Source: Octopus sinensis
Lineage: Eukaryota
Length of the DNA: 64,000 nucleotides
Assembly: GCF_006345805.1 (NCBI RefSeq)
Contig: NC_043013.1
Coordinates: 10,912,001-10,976,000 of the forward strand
Direction: 5' to 3'
Numbering within the stretch: position 1 is the first letter of the stretch; each line of letters starts with the position of its first letter. Both the position numbers and the translations under genes were made by a program. Of this stretch, positions 12,645-27,705 are shown piece by piece. Below the pieces are notes generated by a model, which worked only from the letters and a program-made list of their open reading frames with translations, ran no database searches and was not told the origin of the DNA.

Positions 12645-13064
12645 CTTTTTTCTCTCTTTTACTTGTTTCAGTCATTTGTCTCCGGCCATGCTGGAGCACC
12701 GCCTTTAATCGAGCAACTCGACCAGGGACTTATTCTTTTGTAAGCCCAGTACTTATTCTATCGGTCTCTTTTGCCGAACCGCTAAGTAACGGGGACATAA
12801 ACACACCAGCATCGGTTGTCAAGCAATGCTAGGGGGACAAACACAGACGCACAAACACACATAAATATATATATATATATATAACGGGAAGCTTTATATA
12901 TATGACGGGCTTCTTTCAGTTTCCGTCTACCAAATCCACTCACAAGGCTTTGGTCGGCCCGAGACTATAGTAGAAGATACTTGCCCAAGGTGCCACGCAG
13001 TGAGACTGAACCGGAACTAGGTTGTTGATAAACAAGCTACTTACCACACAGCCACTCCTGCGCC
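12645..13064 (-). mobile_element. Full-length SINE family A
   Basis: Reverse complement colinear with 9007-9431. Confidence 0.9.
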
Positions 13065-13669
13065 TATGTATGTATGTATGTATGTATGTATGTATGTATG
13101 TATGTATGTATGTATGTATGTATTTGCATGGATACTTCTGTTGTATGTTAGTCAGAAATTATAGCGGGAGGCAATATGGAAACTTGCAACGATTGAAATA
13201 GCCGTTAACACATATAATGCTTAGACATCGAATTAAACAATATAGGTTACTACCGCTACTGCTGCACCTTCCGCTACTATCACCACCGCTAAAATTGTTG
13301 CTGCTGCTGCTGCTGCTGGCCTATGTTGCTTATTCTGTTCTTCTTGATCCAACAAAGATCAATGGAACATATCTTGCAATACTGCTGCTGCTGCTGCTGT
13401 CGCTGCTTCGCTTGTGTGTTATTTAGTGTATTGTGGCAGTAGTGTAAGCTATGAATCCTACTGCGGAAGCATTAACATAAACAGAAGCCGACGCTGTTTC
13501 ATGATGTCGGGTTGGAAACGGAAATATGAAGTTTTAATGAGTTCGAATTTTGTTTGATTCAGCACATGCCGTAATTTTGGTAGAAATAAACGATGGGAGC
13601 TGGAATCTAGCAGCTTAAAGTTACGTAATAAAAAGATTACTTAATATTATTATTATTATTATTATTATT

Positions 13670-14050
13670 GAGTGAAAGAGCAGTGCATGCCATCAAAGTG
13701 ACACTGGAGTAAAATATACGAAGCTCAGTATACCCACCATGACTACCCGTCTGATAAGTGTACACCAGGCACATGCATAACAATCATATGTGCACGACAT
13801 AGTGATCTCATATCAAGATAAACAGCACATGACCTTGCAGGTGGGACCCAATTAGAATTTTCTTCAGGTCGAGTATCCACACCCGCCCAAAAGTTTCCTG
13901 CATGAGGGTCGTTTAAGGATGTTAAACGAAACAACCATGTTTTCAAAGGTGAATTATCCAACCCCAATGAATCCCTCTCAGCACATGGCTATGATACTCC
14001 CCCAATACATCTGCCCGTGAGATATCGATATGTTGTGATAGAGAATACCC
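13670..14050 (-). mobile_element. Non-coding repeat family D ending in (TAA)n
   Basis: Homologous to 55637-56045 and 58232-58736, with the same ...TCACTC|AATAAT junction. Strand inferred from the fixed end and tail. Confidence 0.8.
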
Positions 14051-14249
14051 GATAAGTAAAGTGAGATCGCAGCTGCAGCCTATACCAGTGTCGCATAACC
14101 ACCCCATTTTAAAAATACCCGGCAATCATCGGGCGATACGCTACACTTGAGAAGACCTACTGAGTGAAGTAAAGTAAAAAATCAAAATTCAAAGATCAAA
14201 GGCAAATCAAGATCAAAATGGAAATTGAATTTGTGGCGGATGCTAGAGC

Positions 14250-14590
14250 TGCCTGACTGGTACACGTGCCGGTGGCACATAATAAGCACTATTCAAACGT
14301 GGGTCGATGCCAGTGCCGCCTGACTAGCTCCCCATGCAGTGGCACGTAAAACACACATGTCGAACATGGTCGATGCCAGTGCCCCATGACAGGCTCCCGT
14401 GCCGGTGGCACCTAAAAAGCACCCAATACACTCTCTGAGTAGTTGGCGTTAAGAAAGGCATCCAGCTGTAGAAACCTTGCCAGATCAGATTGAAACCTGG
14501 CGCAGCCTACTGGCTTGCCAGTCCCCAGTCAAACCGTCCAACCTATGGAAACCGGATGTTAAACGATGATGATAATGATGATGATGTTGA
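14250..14590 (+). mobile_element. SINE 3' region with internal GTGCCGGTGGCAC subrepeats and a (GAT)n tail
   Basis: Motif TGGCGTTAAGAAAGGCATCCAGCTGTAGAAAC and a GAT tail. A second copy lies on the minus strand at ~24221-24365. Confidence 0.7.
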
Positions 14591-15420
14591 TTATAAATAT
14601 ATGTGTGTGTGTGTGAGAAACATGTCTGGGCTATACGTTGCCGTTTGCATATGTGTTTTATGTATATATATATATAAGTAACAATACATATATATATATA
14701 GAGAGAGAGAGGGGGGAGAGAGAGAGAAAGAGAGAGATAGAAAGATAGATAGATATAAAAAGAGAGAGACAGGGAGAGTGGGGAGAGAGCGTGTCTCTAT
14801 GTATATGCGTATGTACATATGAGTATTTATAGAAGGTGGGAGAAATCTAAGACAAAGCAAGAGGAAAAGAGAGATAGAGAGAGACGAAGAAGGATAGTGC
14901 CCCAACAATAGATAATATTCAGACATGTCATAGCTGTCTGGCAGGAGTGCAGACTTCATAAGTATGACATATACCTTTGCATTCATCCATTTCGAGTAGA
15001 AAAACTAGATATTCTTTGTTCCCATTTGATAACGTTAATTATAAATTATAATTTTGTCAGTATTTAGATTTCCGCTGAAAACTGACGCCAGTCTCGTTAA
15101 AGCCAAGCACAGCAATTGGAGGATATATTCCGTGTGACATGTTAAGTTTCATATCAAGCATGTGTGATGTAATTTGAATTATACCACGTATTTGAAATTA
15201 TGCACAAATATTGATTGTTTTAATCTAACTAGTTTCTTGATGACAGCGTATTTACTAGCAGCCATATTGGAAAAAGTTCATTGATACTGCTACATATGCA
15301 TCAACGGATACTGAGCTCTATTTATATGTGAATGTCTGCTGTAAGGTATATATATGTCTGATTTATTAACAGGTAGTGTGTATTGGCTAAGTTTCTGAAG
15401 TAAAATTATTGGAAATCTAG

Positions 15421-15800
15421 CAAAATAATAATGATTACAGAATTTTATGTGGCTTCCACTTAAAGACTAACTATACTATTGAAGCAAGGAAACCAAATAT
15501 GATTACAAAAGACGAAATAAATAAACATTGTAAGATCGTAAACTTTGCCATACCATATGATATAAGAGTTGATACCAATGAAATTGAAACTGATGAGAGA
15601 TATCGGAACCTAGCCGAGGAACTGGAAAAATCATGGGAGATTTAGACAACAGTTGCTCAAATGCTAACCGGTGCACTTTAAACTATACCCGCAAAGCTAT
15701 CTACAAGACGATCGTATTATTGAGTCACTAATTGTCGATCCTGCAGAAGAGTGCCTTCTTCTGTTGTGAAAGAATCCTAAGGCAGTATCTTGAGATTTAG
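15421..15800 (+). pseudogene. Decayed restriction-like endonuclease domain of an R4/Dong-type non-LTR retrotransposon
   Basis: The frame from 15421 reads QNNNDYRILCGFHLKTNYTIEARKPNM...KIVNFAIPYDIRVDTNEIETDERYRNLAEELEKSWEI*...TGAL, then LQKSAFFCCERILRQYL. This fits the RLE pattern ILWD..QTD..I.ARRPD / DVAIP.D / KY..L..E / GALG / LQK. Confidence 0.75.
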
Positions 15801-16123
15801 GGAGACTCGCTCCCAAATACCAGGTATTATTCCTACTAATTAAATTTACTTGTGAAACATTTTGGGAAAGAGAATGAGATACAAACGTAATACAGCATCA
15901 AGAAAAGTTCACATGTCGTAATGAGACCGATGGGCTCTGCTATTTGACGCTAATGTTTTGACACATCTGATTGGGCATTCAGCCTCTTTTGGTAGCTGCT
16001 TTTGACACCGAAGGCAAACATACACCATTATCTCGCTGTAACACGCACATACTTATATCAAACATACACATGTGTGAATACATACATACATACATATCTA
16101 TCTATATCTATATCTGTTCTATG

Positions 16124-16202
<79 letters not shown>

Positions 16203-16212
16203 ATCTATATCT

Positions 16213-17320
16213 GTTCTGGCACCGCGAGTGTCGCGTTGCTCTCAAGCAACTCTGCCGTCCTGGGTCGACCTTAAGTGACTTCAACACAACCAAAGCATTC
16301 TATAGGGGTTTAGTGGAGGGGAGGTACGACGACGAGCTCGGGGCGAACCTGGACGTCGACGAGGAGTACCTGACCCGCCTGTTCGGGACGACTTTCGGGC
16401 CAGGGCCCATGGACAACTTCCAGAGATCCCTGGCCTGGCAGTGCTACCGAGAAGCGCTACCCGTTCGGGATAAGCTCTACAGACACGGCTCGAGAAACAC
16501 GGGGCCGACCTGCCCGAGATGCGGTCAGAGCGACGAACCGTTCTGCACGCACTCGTTCAGTGTCCAACAATTCCGACCTGTGGGCTTATGTCGAACAACT
16601 GCTGTCACGTGTGGGACGAGTCGGTTTATCAGCTGAGTCTATCGTCAATATTGTCACGCCTCCTTCCTTCAAACGGGAAGGAAGAGCTATTTTCATCATC
16701 CTTGTGGCTATGGCGAAAGAATGTATCTGGTGGACGCGTCTGAAAGGATTGGAGACAAACACTTTCCTCTCTGGTCAATCTCTCATCAACTTCTTCAAGT
16801 ACCACTTGAAAAGGAAAGTGAGAGTAGAGAGGCAGTTTTGTCTAGCGAATGTTTTAAAAAAAGATGGGTGAATGTAGCAAGAATGGCACGTATGAATGAC
16901 GAAGCCACCTTGAGCATAGTCCTATGAACCCAGAAATCGAAAACAGAGAGTTGCTTATTTGCAAAAAAAAAAAAAAAAAAAAAAAGAAATATAAAATGTG
17001 ACTTCATTGACCGAGGTTACCGTGGTCTTTTCCGCAGGCTTTTCTTTCCACGGGTAAACCTCACCTGTCCTCCCCTTTACACTTCATATTGACATTTCTG
17101 TGATAACGATCCCTATTGATCATTTTTTTTCCTCTCCCCCCCCCCTTTTTTTTTTTTTTTTTTAACCCCCCTTATTTTTGTCCTCTTTCTCTCCTTTTAC
17201 GATCCCTTTTGATCGAACCTCCCCTTCCTTTTTTTTTTTTTTTTTTTAATACCTTCAAAAGAAAGCTCTACCTTGTAATTTGTTCTATCTGTGTGCAGCC
17301 CTGTGTGGCTAATAAAGAAA
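16213..17320 (+). mobile_element. 5'-truncated Tx1/L1-clade LINE (ORF2 C-terminal zinc knuckle plus 3' UTR) inside (TATC)n
   Basis: The frameshifted ORF reads REALPVRDKLYRHG...CPRCGQSDE/TVLHALVQC (zf-RVT CCHC). It is locally GC-rich, ends AATAAAGAAA, and has TATC repeats on both sides. Confidence 0.88.
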
Positions 17321-17355
17321 CATATCTATCTATCTATTTGCCTGTCTGTCTGTCA

Positions 17356-17521
<166 letters not shown>

Positions 17522-17996
17522 TTATCTATTCGACTTAAAATTCTTCAAAGGCGGTGGCTAAGAGCGGGGTAGATTGAGAGAAAGAGAGCAGCATTTAAAC
17601 GTATGATGTCAAATAAGTTAGCATCTAATCACCGATACCAAGCAGATGGCGCCAAAACGACAATACGGAAGCATCTTATACACAATACACGTAGCATGAC
17701 TGTGGGAAAACCCGGGAAGATTATGGCTGAAATGTGTTTGGATCATACATTTGCATAGTCAGGAATAATGTGGAAATAAACCACGATAAACAACAACAAC
17801 AATAACAACAACAACACACAGCGTATCAATAACAACTTTAGCCATTCTTGAACGACCAATGAAGGTGACTCTAGAATGTTGTTCGAATGTTTTAAAAATA
17901 ACAGCTAAAGGCACCTCCTATCAGAATTTAGTATGTTAAAGAAATATACAAATGCTAGACAATACAGACGATAATATGGGTATAGAAAATAATAAA

Positions 17997-18400
17997 GGCA
18001 GCGAGCTGGCAGAAACGTTAGCACGCCGGTGGAAGTGATTAGCGGTATTTTGTCTGCCGTTACGTTCTGAGTTCAAATTCCGCTGAGGTCGACTTTGCCT
18101 TTCATCCTTTCGGGGTCGATAAATTAAGTACCAGTTACACACTGGAGTCGATGTAATCGACTTAATCCGTTTGTCTGTGCTTGTTTGTCCTCTCTGTGCT
18201 TAGCCCCTTTTGGCTAATAAAGAAATAGGTATTTTGTCTGCAGTTATGTTCTGAGTTTAAATTCCGCCGAGGTCGACTTTGCCGTTCATCCTTCGGGGTC
18301 GATAAATTAAGTACCAGTTACGCACTGGGGTCGATGTAATCGACTTAATCCGTTTGTTTGTCCCCTCTATGTTTAACCCCCAGTGGGCAATAAAGAAATA
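17997..18400 (+). mobile_element. SINE family B dimer
   Basis: Head followed by two core/tail units. Confidence 0.9.
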
Positions 18401-18994
18401 AATATGAGTATAGAAAATAAGTAAAAATGAAAGGAAAATAAAAAACAAGTTAAATGAATGTGAATGGAACTCCTTGGATCAAGTTAACTATATAGACTAT
18501 GTATAAAGAGTCACAAAGCACGGTTGGTTGCCAAAGAGGCTTCATGCGCAGAGACAAGCTGTCTTGTTAGTGGTGCCACTGATATTTCTCACCAGAAAGT
18601 TTAAGTCTATAGGCGCTATAGCGATCGGTCAACAAGCTATAAAAATAATTAGACATTAAGATATCTCCAAAAACCCATCTCCAAACCGTTAGATTCAAAC
18701 ATATAATGCTACCCGGAATATGAAGATTTGGAATTTTCTATGGATTGGCACCTGAAAATAAACCAGAGAAAAAGTAGTACTACGTACGCGCGTATGGATG
18801 TATACACATAGCACGCATGCATGAAGACACGCATGCACACACTCATATATAAAAGGAGAATTACAATACAAAACATAAACATAAATATGCACGAATATAT
18901 ACATTTGTGAATATACGTAATCTACAAAAGCATATATACGTTTCTGTGTGTATGCGTATGAGTGTGTGTGCGTGTATGCATATATATATATATG

Positions 18995-19045
<51 letters not shown>

Positions 19046-20196
19046 ATATATGTATATATATATATGTATATATACATATATATATATATCTATATATAAA
19101 ACTTATCTATATAAAAATAAATATATATTTACACACACATATATACGTATATATATATATATATAATATATATATATATATAATATATATATGCATATAT
19201 ATATATACATATACATATTTATATATGCGTGTGTCTGTGTGCATATATCATGCAAAAATGTTTGTTTTTTGTTTCTATGTGTATATGAAAGAACAAAAAA
19301 CAACCTATTAACAATAGAACAAAGTGACTTCAAATTAGGACACGTATAGAAAGAAACTCAAAAGGAGCTATATATTCTGTCAGCAGAATCATAAACCTAT
19401 TGCAATATCAATGATATCTATCGTTTTATTATATCCTTTTTATATCACTTAACTCGTATCGAATTGCGCTTTTACTATGCTAAAGTACTTGATCATTCCA
19501 TTTTCGCATTTATCACTCTGCACCGTCGTCGCTAGTAACGTAAGAGTTTGGTGATGGGGGATGCGTGTGTTTTTTTAATGTTTTATGTTTGTTTTGTCCT
19601 TGTTATTTTTTTTCCCGCGCCAAACAGTGCTGAAGCGAATTACTTTCACTTTGCTCACACTCTTGATTTCTGACTGAACCTCTTTATTATCTCAATCATG
19701 CTACGTGATTGGTTCGTAATCTGTTTTTTATTTGTTGTGTATTATCTAATTTAGGAGAGGATGTGTTTGAGAGGAAACAATGGGATACACCATAACACAC
19801 GTCCACATGCACGCCAATATATACTTATATATATATATGTATATATATGCAGAGTTATTAATATAGTAAAGCACACATGCATGCAGATCTGAGTGAGCGG
19901 GTGTGAATTGAGAGGAGATATATGTAAATACATATGTACATGCATACACTTTAGTATATGTATATATATGTGTGTGTATAAATATATATTTATTTATAAT
20001 TATAGTTGTTACCCACTTGATTTCCATTACCTCTTAAACAGAAATAAAGCAATTAAGCGTGTAAATTTTATGCGCTTGTTTTGTGTATACATATAGATAC
20101 ACACGCACGCGAGCACACACACACACACGCACGCACACACACACACACACACACACGCACTCACACAAACGACCCGAGTACACAATATATATAATT

Positions 20197-20227
<31 letters not shown>

Positions 20228-20412
20228 TATCTATCTATCTATCTCTCTATCTATCTAGCTACATCTTTCTCTATCTAGATATATCTAGCTAGCTAGCTGT
20301 GTGCTTGAAAGGTTAATATATGCGGACATCTTCAGATATACGGAATTTTATGAGAGTAAAATTGAGGATTAGAAAACAATAGACATTAAGCTAATATTCC
20401 GATATTGTCGAA

Positions 20413-21018
20413 GGCGGTGAACTGGCAGAAATGGTAGCATGACGGGTGAAATGCTTACCGGCATTTCGTTTGCAGCTACGTTCTGAGTTCAAATTCCGCC
20501 GAGGTCTACTTTGCCTTTCATCCTTTCGGGGTCGATTGAATAAGTACCAGTTACGCACTGGGGTCGATATAATCGACTTAATCCGTTTATCTGTCCATTT
20601 TTGTCCTCTTTGTGTTTAGCACCTTGTGGGTAGTACAGAAATAGGTATTTTGTCAGTCTTTACGTTCTGAAGCGGAATTCCACCGAGGTCGACTTTGCCT
20701 TTCATCCTTTCGGAGTCGATAAATTAAGTACAAGTTTCGCACTGGCGTCTATGTAATCAACTTAATCCCTTGTTTGTCCCCTCTATGTTTAGCTCTTTGT
20801 GGGTAATAAAGAAATAAGAAAAAATTAGCACGTCGGGCTAAATGCTTAGTGGTATTTCATCTGTCTTTACGTTCTAATTTGAAATTCTGCCGTGGTTGAC
20901 TTTGCCTGTCATCCTTTTGGGGTCGATAAATTAAGTACCAGTCGCGTACTGGGCTCGATCTAATCGACAGGACCGCTCCCCAAGGATTTAGGGCCTTGTG
21001 CCTAGAGTAGAAAAGAAT
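20413..21018 (+). mobile_element. SINE family B trimer
   Basis: Three successive core units. Confidence 0.88.
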
Positions 21019-22191
21019 ATTCTAATATTGACATTTTTCTTGCCAGAATACCAACAGCTCTGAAGTAATTACCACGTAACTTACATTAAGTTCTGAGTTA
21101 AAATCGACTTTTTGTTAATTCATATCATTTCCCTGCCTTGATCATTAATGTCTCTGTTGGCCACACCAAGGAAACAGCGTTGTCTGATGCTGCTATGGTA
21201 ATACCTGCCACACATGCTGAACCTTCGGGTCTGTCCCGAGTTTGTCACGAGGCTGTATGAGCTATAATGTTTTCCAGTTCTCTCTCTCTCGTGTAAGGTT
21301 TTTTGATACGATCAAAGCTGATGGAGTATGGTATGCAGGCCAAGTTGTTGACCAAGCAGCGTGTCCTCCACTCTTTCCGTTACAGACAGATTTAAAGGAA
21401 CGACATAACATGGTCATTACATTTTGGCGCTTGCGTCGTTGCAAGAGTTGCCTGAACGAGATTATGGGCAACATCGTACTGCTTCTGCTGCTCCGAATGC
21501 CAATCTTTTTTTTCAGGGTTTTACTCCTCAGGACATTCTCATGACTCAGTATGGATGCATGTCAGCGGTGATTTGGAATTAAGATTTTCCTTCCTCTACA
21601 TTTAGTTGACCTCTACCTTGCACTGGGTAACGCGCTTCATCTTCCCCCACTGACTTGCTAATTAACTTGTCGTTGAGACCCCAGCAGCTGCTACTACTCA
21701 AGATCTCAGTGGACAGGGAAATAATATTATCTCACACTTCGTTACATACACATTAAAACCTCCGGACTCCCGAACCAGGGCCCAAATACTAATTACAGCT
21801 TAAAGTCACATCCAAAGCTTCCAACGAATACAAGAGTCATGTAGCGGAAGAAGAGTGGAGAGATGGGAAGTTCGGCAATGAATGCATTGAGGAAGTGAAA
21901 TGCAATAGATCGAATGAGATCTCGTGTGCCTGCACAGATGTCACTCTGAAATTGAACTAATTAATAAATATAAATTGTTGCTATTTGGTATCTAATTTCA
22001 AGCACTCTTTGTCAACACAGTATTTAAAAAAAAAACTTTTGTTCAATTTAATTATTTTTCTTCTTAATTAATATCCACCTTTGTCTTACTCTTAGTTGAA
22101 AAAGTCGAAAAGTCTGAAACCGGTACTAACCGTTACAAAATGTATACATGATAACATTATTTTAGTACTTTCTACCTGGTTTTACTTTCTT

Positions 22192-22232
<41 letters not shown>

Positions 22233-22879
22233 AACTGAGCAAATCTTACACACAATTTTGTTAGGAAATAACACGCATGCTTATATCAAAACGAAAACAT
22301 TAATGGCGGCCGAACAAGGGTAAGGCGAATATTTCTGAGTGAATCACATGATGAAGAACTAAAGAAAAATAATAATAATAAATAATAAAAAAAAACAGGG
22401 AGAATAAGATGGAAAACAAAATGTACCCGGACAGGATTCCATCTCGGCTGAAATTATATACCGCAAGAGAGTTTTTTTACAGCGCTCTAATGATTTGGCC
22501 CCTGACCGCTCCTAACTGGAAGTTATAATTATTTCTCACTTAAGACATAGGAGACAAACACCGAGCAATCGAGATATCCTCTACGTGGTATCGCCATGTT
22601 GATCTCAGTAAAATTTTTGGCTCATAAAGAACTTAAATGGGTTTGTAATTATATACTACAAGACCTTTTGTTCGTCGTTCTACCGTTTTGATAAGATACT
22701 GCTTACCCCAACAGCATTATGTTTCATATGAATAACGTCTCAAGTTACTCGTTACATGACAGATGACATTGGTTAAGCCTATGTTATAAAAACTTGTTAT
22801 TGCTGATAACGGATTCAACAACATTGGGTTTGCTGGGTTTGCTTAGTTTGTAATTACCAAACGTGAAGGGTCAAAGAAT

Positions 22880-23315
22880 CAGTAGGTTCTACATTTTAGT
22901 CATTAGGTTTCGGCCATGCTGGGGCAGTGTTTTTAAGGATTTTACTAAAAAAAATGGACTCCAGTAGATATTAAAGCCTGGTTCATGTTTAACCGGTTGC
23001 TCCTATTGAAACGCTTAGTTATTGGGGCACTAACACTAACACACACACACACACACACATCCGACATGTATGCACGTACATATGAAGAGCTTCTTTCAGT
23101 TTCCGTCTACCTAAATCCCTCTCAAGTCTTTGTCGGCCCGATGTTATAATAGAAGATATTTTTCCAAGGTGCCAGGCAGTGCGACTGAACTCATAACCAT
23201 ATGGTTGGGAAGCAAACATCTTACAACACACTCACGTCTGCAGCTATGTGAATATTTCATCGATAATTTGTTTAAATAATTGTAGTTTATTAGTCTCTCT
23301 CTCCTCCTTTCTTTT

Positions 23316-23361
<46 letters not shown>

Positions 23362-24027
23362 TCTTTCTTTCTCTCTCTCTCTCTCTATTTTAAGGACATG
23401 TACAGAACAGCAAACGACTCTTCACAAATGGCGCTGGTGTTTGCTACCCCCGTAACTTAGCACTGCTGAAAAGAGAATGGCATAATAAGTTCCAGACTTC
23501 AAAAAGAAGAAATAAAGATTGGTGTTGCTTCCTTTGACTAAAATTCTTCAAACCAATTCCTCAGCATGACCTCAGCCAAAGGACTGACACAACTCAAAGT
23601 AAATAGAAGTATACATTGACATGAAAATAAGTATATTCCTTCGTTTCAGTCATATGAATGCAGTCATACTGGAGCACCGCCTTTAGTCGAACAAATCGAC
23701 CCCATGATTTATTATTTGTAAGCCTAGTAGTTTCTTTGTCGTTCTCTTTTGCCGAACCGCTAAGTTATGGGGACATAAAAAAACCAGCATCAGTTGTCAA
23801 GTGAAGGTAGAAGACAAACACAGACACTTGACAACAAACACAGACACAAATATATATATATATGTGTGTGTATGTATGTGTGTGTGTGTGTGTGTGTGTG
23901 TATGTACGTATGTATACGATACGACGGACTTCTTTTAGTTTCTGTCTACCAAATCCACTCGCGAGGCTTTGGTCGGCCCGAGGCTATACTAGATACTTGC
24001 CCAAGGTGCCACGCAGTGGGACTGAAC
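22880..24027. mobile_element. Cluster of degenerate family A SINEs (minus ~22880-23245, plus ~23420-23610, minus 23638-24027)
   Basis: Recognisable head, core and tail matches. Confidence 0.75.
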
Positions 24028-25484
24028 TATATATATATTTATCGGGATGGTCATTGACAAAGGACAGTAAAAGAAACATAATGCTGACGTGCAGAACGCA
24101 TAGCACTTATGGTTATTTGGCAAATAACAAAAAAAGCCATCCTGATTTATAACAATATCGGTTTCAAAAGGAATTTTGCAAAACAAACACAAATACGCGT
24201 GTGTGTATATATATATATATCATCATCATCAACATCGCTTAGCGTCCGCTTTCCATGCTAGCATGGGTTGGACGGTTCAACTGGGGTCTGTGAAGCCAGA
24301 AGGCTGTATCAGGCCCAGTCTGATCTGGCAGTGTTTCTACAGCTGGATGCCCTTCCTAACGCCAATATCTATATATATAATATATGTATGTATATGCAAA
24401 TGCATATATACAAATTCATATACGTACATGCAGAAATACATACATACATGAAAGTAAAGGCCTTGTAGTTTCGGTGTTGTACTCACGAACACGAGATCGT
24501 GGTTTCAATCCCTAGACCGGCTGGTGCGTTGTTGTTCTTGAGCACAACACTTAATCTCACAACAGGACACCGTGGACCTGCTCATGCAACGACGATTTGC
24601 TGGAGAAAGTGAGCTAATATGCGGCGCATGCATTTGATCACTATAAATAAATCATTTATGCAGGTTGTTCGACAAAAATCTAACCAGCTATACATCGTCT
24701 TCGACAGGAGTGTCCGTCATATATAATTGTGTATGTTGGTTGTAATAAAAGTATAATGCAAATAATCATTCGAGTATAGCCATTTAAGAGAAACGGCTGT
24801 GATCAACACCAAGTGAATTTGTAGTATTTAGATGACTAACTCATTATATCATTGCCAGTGTTGCAACATATATCTATGTGATATCAATGAAGAGTAGGTC
24901 AATGAGTAGATTTTTGCCCAAAAGCTTCACACCCTTCTACTGTCTCCAACCCACGTCCATTTTCTATTTTCTGCTGTCGTAAGAATACCATCTACTGTCA
25001 CCCATTCACTATGGTATTTATTGAGCTGAGTTCTTTGTATGCTAAGCTCAGCAGCATAATATGCAATGAACATAAATTTTTCAGTTCGGACCGTACTGTT
25101 TCTATTCCATCTGTACTCTTAGGAGAATCGCAAACGATTGTTTGTGTTTTGTACTGTTTGAGATATTTTTTCCGAGATTGTCAAGGAGGTATTTAGAACT
25201 ACGTTTAATTAGTTCATCATCGTATCCTTTTAATGAAATTAAATTTGATTTGAGGGAGATGTAACCACTATTTCTAACTGGTTGTATGATTAGATCAAGG
25301 CTGCTTCATTGTCTCATAAATATATTTCGATGATATTCATCATTGGTCAATGCAATTAAGAATAACGTGGGGGAAAGTATCAGTTACAAAAATGGTAAAA
25401 TTGGTTCTGGGGAACGAAAAACGTTTACAGTTTCTGAGGTTTGGCTGGGGAAGTGGTCATTCTATATTTTTTCTTTTTTTTTCT

Positions 25485-25688
25485 TTGTTACTTCTTTCAG
25501 TCATTTGACTGTGGCCATGCTGGAACACCGCCTTTTAGTCAGGCAAATCGACCCCAGGACTTATTCTTTGTAAGCCTAGTATTTATTCTATCGGTCTCTT
25601 TTGCCGAACCGCTAATTATCGGGGACGTAAACATGCCAGCATCGGTTGTCAGGCGATGATGGGGGAACAAACACAGACACACAAACAC

Positions 25689-25745
<57 letters not shown>

Positions 25746-25903
25746 CGACAGGCTTCTTTCAGTTTCCGTCTACCAAATCCACTCGCAAGACTTTGGTCGG
25801 CCCGAGGCTATAGTAGAATACACTTTCCAAGGTGCCACGCAGTGAGACTGAACCCGGAATCGTGTGGTTGGTAAGCAGGCTATTTACGACACAGTCACTC
25901 CTG
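25485..25903 (-). mobile_element. SINE family A
   Basis: Reverse complement colinear with 9007-9431. Confidence 0.9.
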
Positions 25904-26215
25904 TTCACTTTACTTTTCGTACACTAGTACATACATTTAAGTGAAATTGAAATTACAGTGGAAGCGAAAACGAAAATAAAAAAATACATTTTAATAACAT
26001 TTAAGGGATTTAATAAAATAGAATAGACTAAGTAACTCATCCATGACGAACGAGATTATTCGTATTATAAATAATAATCATAATAGTAGGTAATATATAT
26101 ATATATATACACACACGTATATGTATATGTGTATGTATGTATGTATGTATGTATGTATTTATTTGTATATGTATATATATAAATGAGTGTCTATGTGCAT
26201 AAACATATATAAGAG

Positions 26216-26279
<64 letters not shown>

Positions 26280-26332
26280 CACACGCGAGCAATTATTTAT
26301 GTGTACATATATATATGAATAATATATATATA

Positions 26333-26378
<46 letters not shown>

Positions 26379-26856
26379 CTCTGAAAATTTTAATATGGAG
26401 AATAAGTAAAAAAATATAACTATAGCGGTTAATAATAAAATGAGATTTTATGTAATAATACTATCGAATAGTATAGCAATATTATTTTACTTTAGGGAAA
26501 CACAATACATCACTGTAATATATATATTTTATATATAATGCTGTAAAATGCATATAAAGAAAAACAAAAACAGATTGTGCGGTCATGGCCAAAGTGTGTG
26601 TGTGAGCCCTATTGAGAATGAACGTAAACATGAATATACAAAGAAATAACGTAAGACAATTTGTTATTATGTAGATCAATGTTCGTCATTATACTATAAT
26701 ATTTTGTAAACTTTTCTTTATATTTATACCTTAATTATATCACCTCAACTGTGGGTATTTATAAATAATACCAATTTTAATATGTAATTCAAATTACGTA
26801 ACGTATACCTGTTTTCTGGTAAGAAATACGGTATATAATCCATATAACCCAGTACA

Positions 26857-26911
<55 letters not shown>

Positions 26912-26933
26912 ATATATAGATAGATAGATAGAG

Positions 26934-26968
<35 letters not shown>

Positions 26969-27326
26969 CAGACCCACTTCCAGGATAATGATAAAAACGA
27001 TCCTTTCTATTAAAGGTATAAAACATGAAATTTTGGAGAAGGGGACTAGTTGATTACATCGACCCCAGTGTTTCACTGGTACTTAATTCACCAACCCAGG
27101 AAGGGTGAACGGCAAAGTAAACTTTGGCGGAATTTGATTGCCGTATTTTCTGGAACACAAGTCAAAGTTTTCAAGCCAAACTTTACAACCAAATGAAGCA
27201 GGTCGACTTATACACGAAAAAGATTCTACAGAATCACAGACTACATGTGAAAAGTAGTGGGATTTGGAAAGGTACTGGCAATGTTTAAATGTCTACTCGG
27301 CATAATTACACTATATAATAAATCGA

Positions 27327-27705
27327 GGTGGTTGTGTGGTAAGTAGCTTGATTACCAACCACATGATTCCGGGTTCAGTCCCACTGCGTGGCACCAGCCT
27401 CGGGCCGACAAAAGTCTTGTGAGTGGGTTTGGCAGACGGAAACTGAAAGAAGCCCGTCGTATAATATGTATATATATGTGTGTGTTTGTGTGTCTGTGTT
27501 TGTCCCCCCAACATCGCTTGACAACCGTTGCTGGTGTGTTTACGACCCCGTCACTTAGCGGTTCGGCAAAAGAGACCGATAGAATAAGTACTAGGCTTAC
27601 AAAGAATAAGTCCTGGGTGTCGATTTCCTCGACTAAAGGCGGTGCTCCAGCATGGCTTCAGTCAAATGACTGAAACAAGTAAAAGAGTAAAACAGTGAAA
27701 AGAGG
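27327..27705 (+). mobile_element. SINE family A with a small internal deletion
   Basis: Colinear with other copies but lacks the CTTGGGCAAGTGTCTT segment. Confidence 0.88.

Noticed and set aside
21240-21720. Possible RTE-type 5' UTR relic, or the 100-aa ORF
   Set aside because: Only a vague resemblance, with no second copy or protein motif in the window.
22420-22515. tRNA-like sequence on the minus strand
   Set aside because: It cannot be folded as a cloverleaf and is probably a decayed SINE head.
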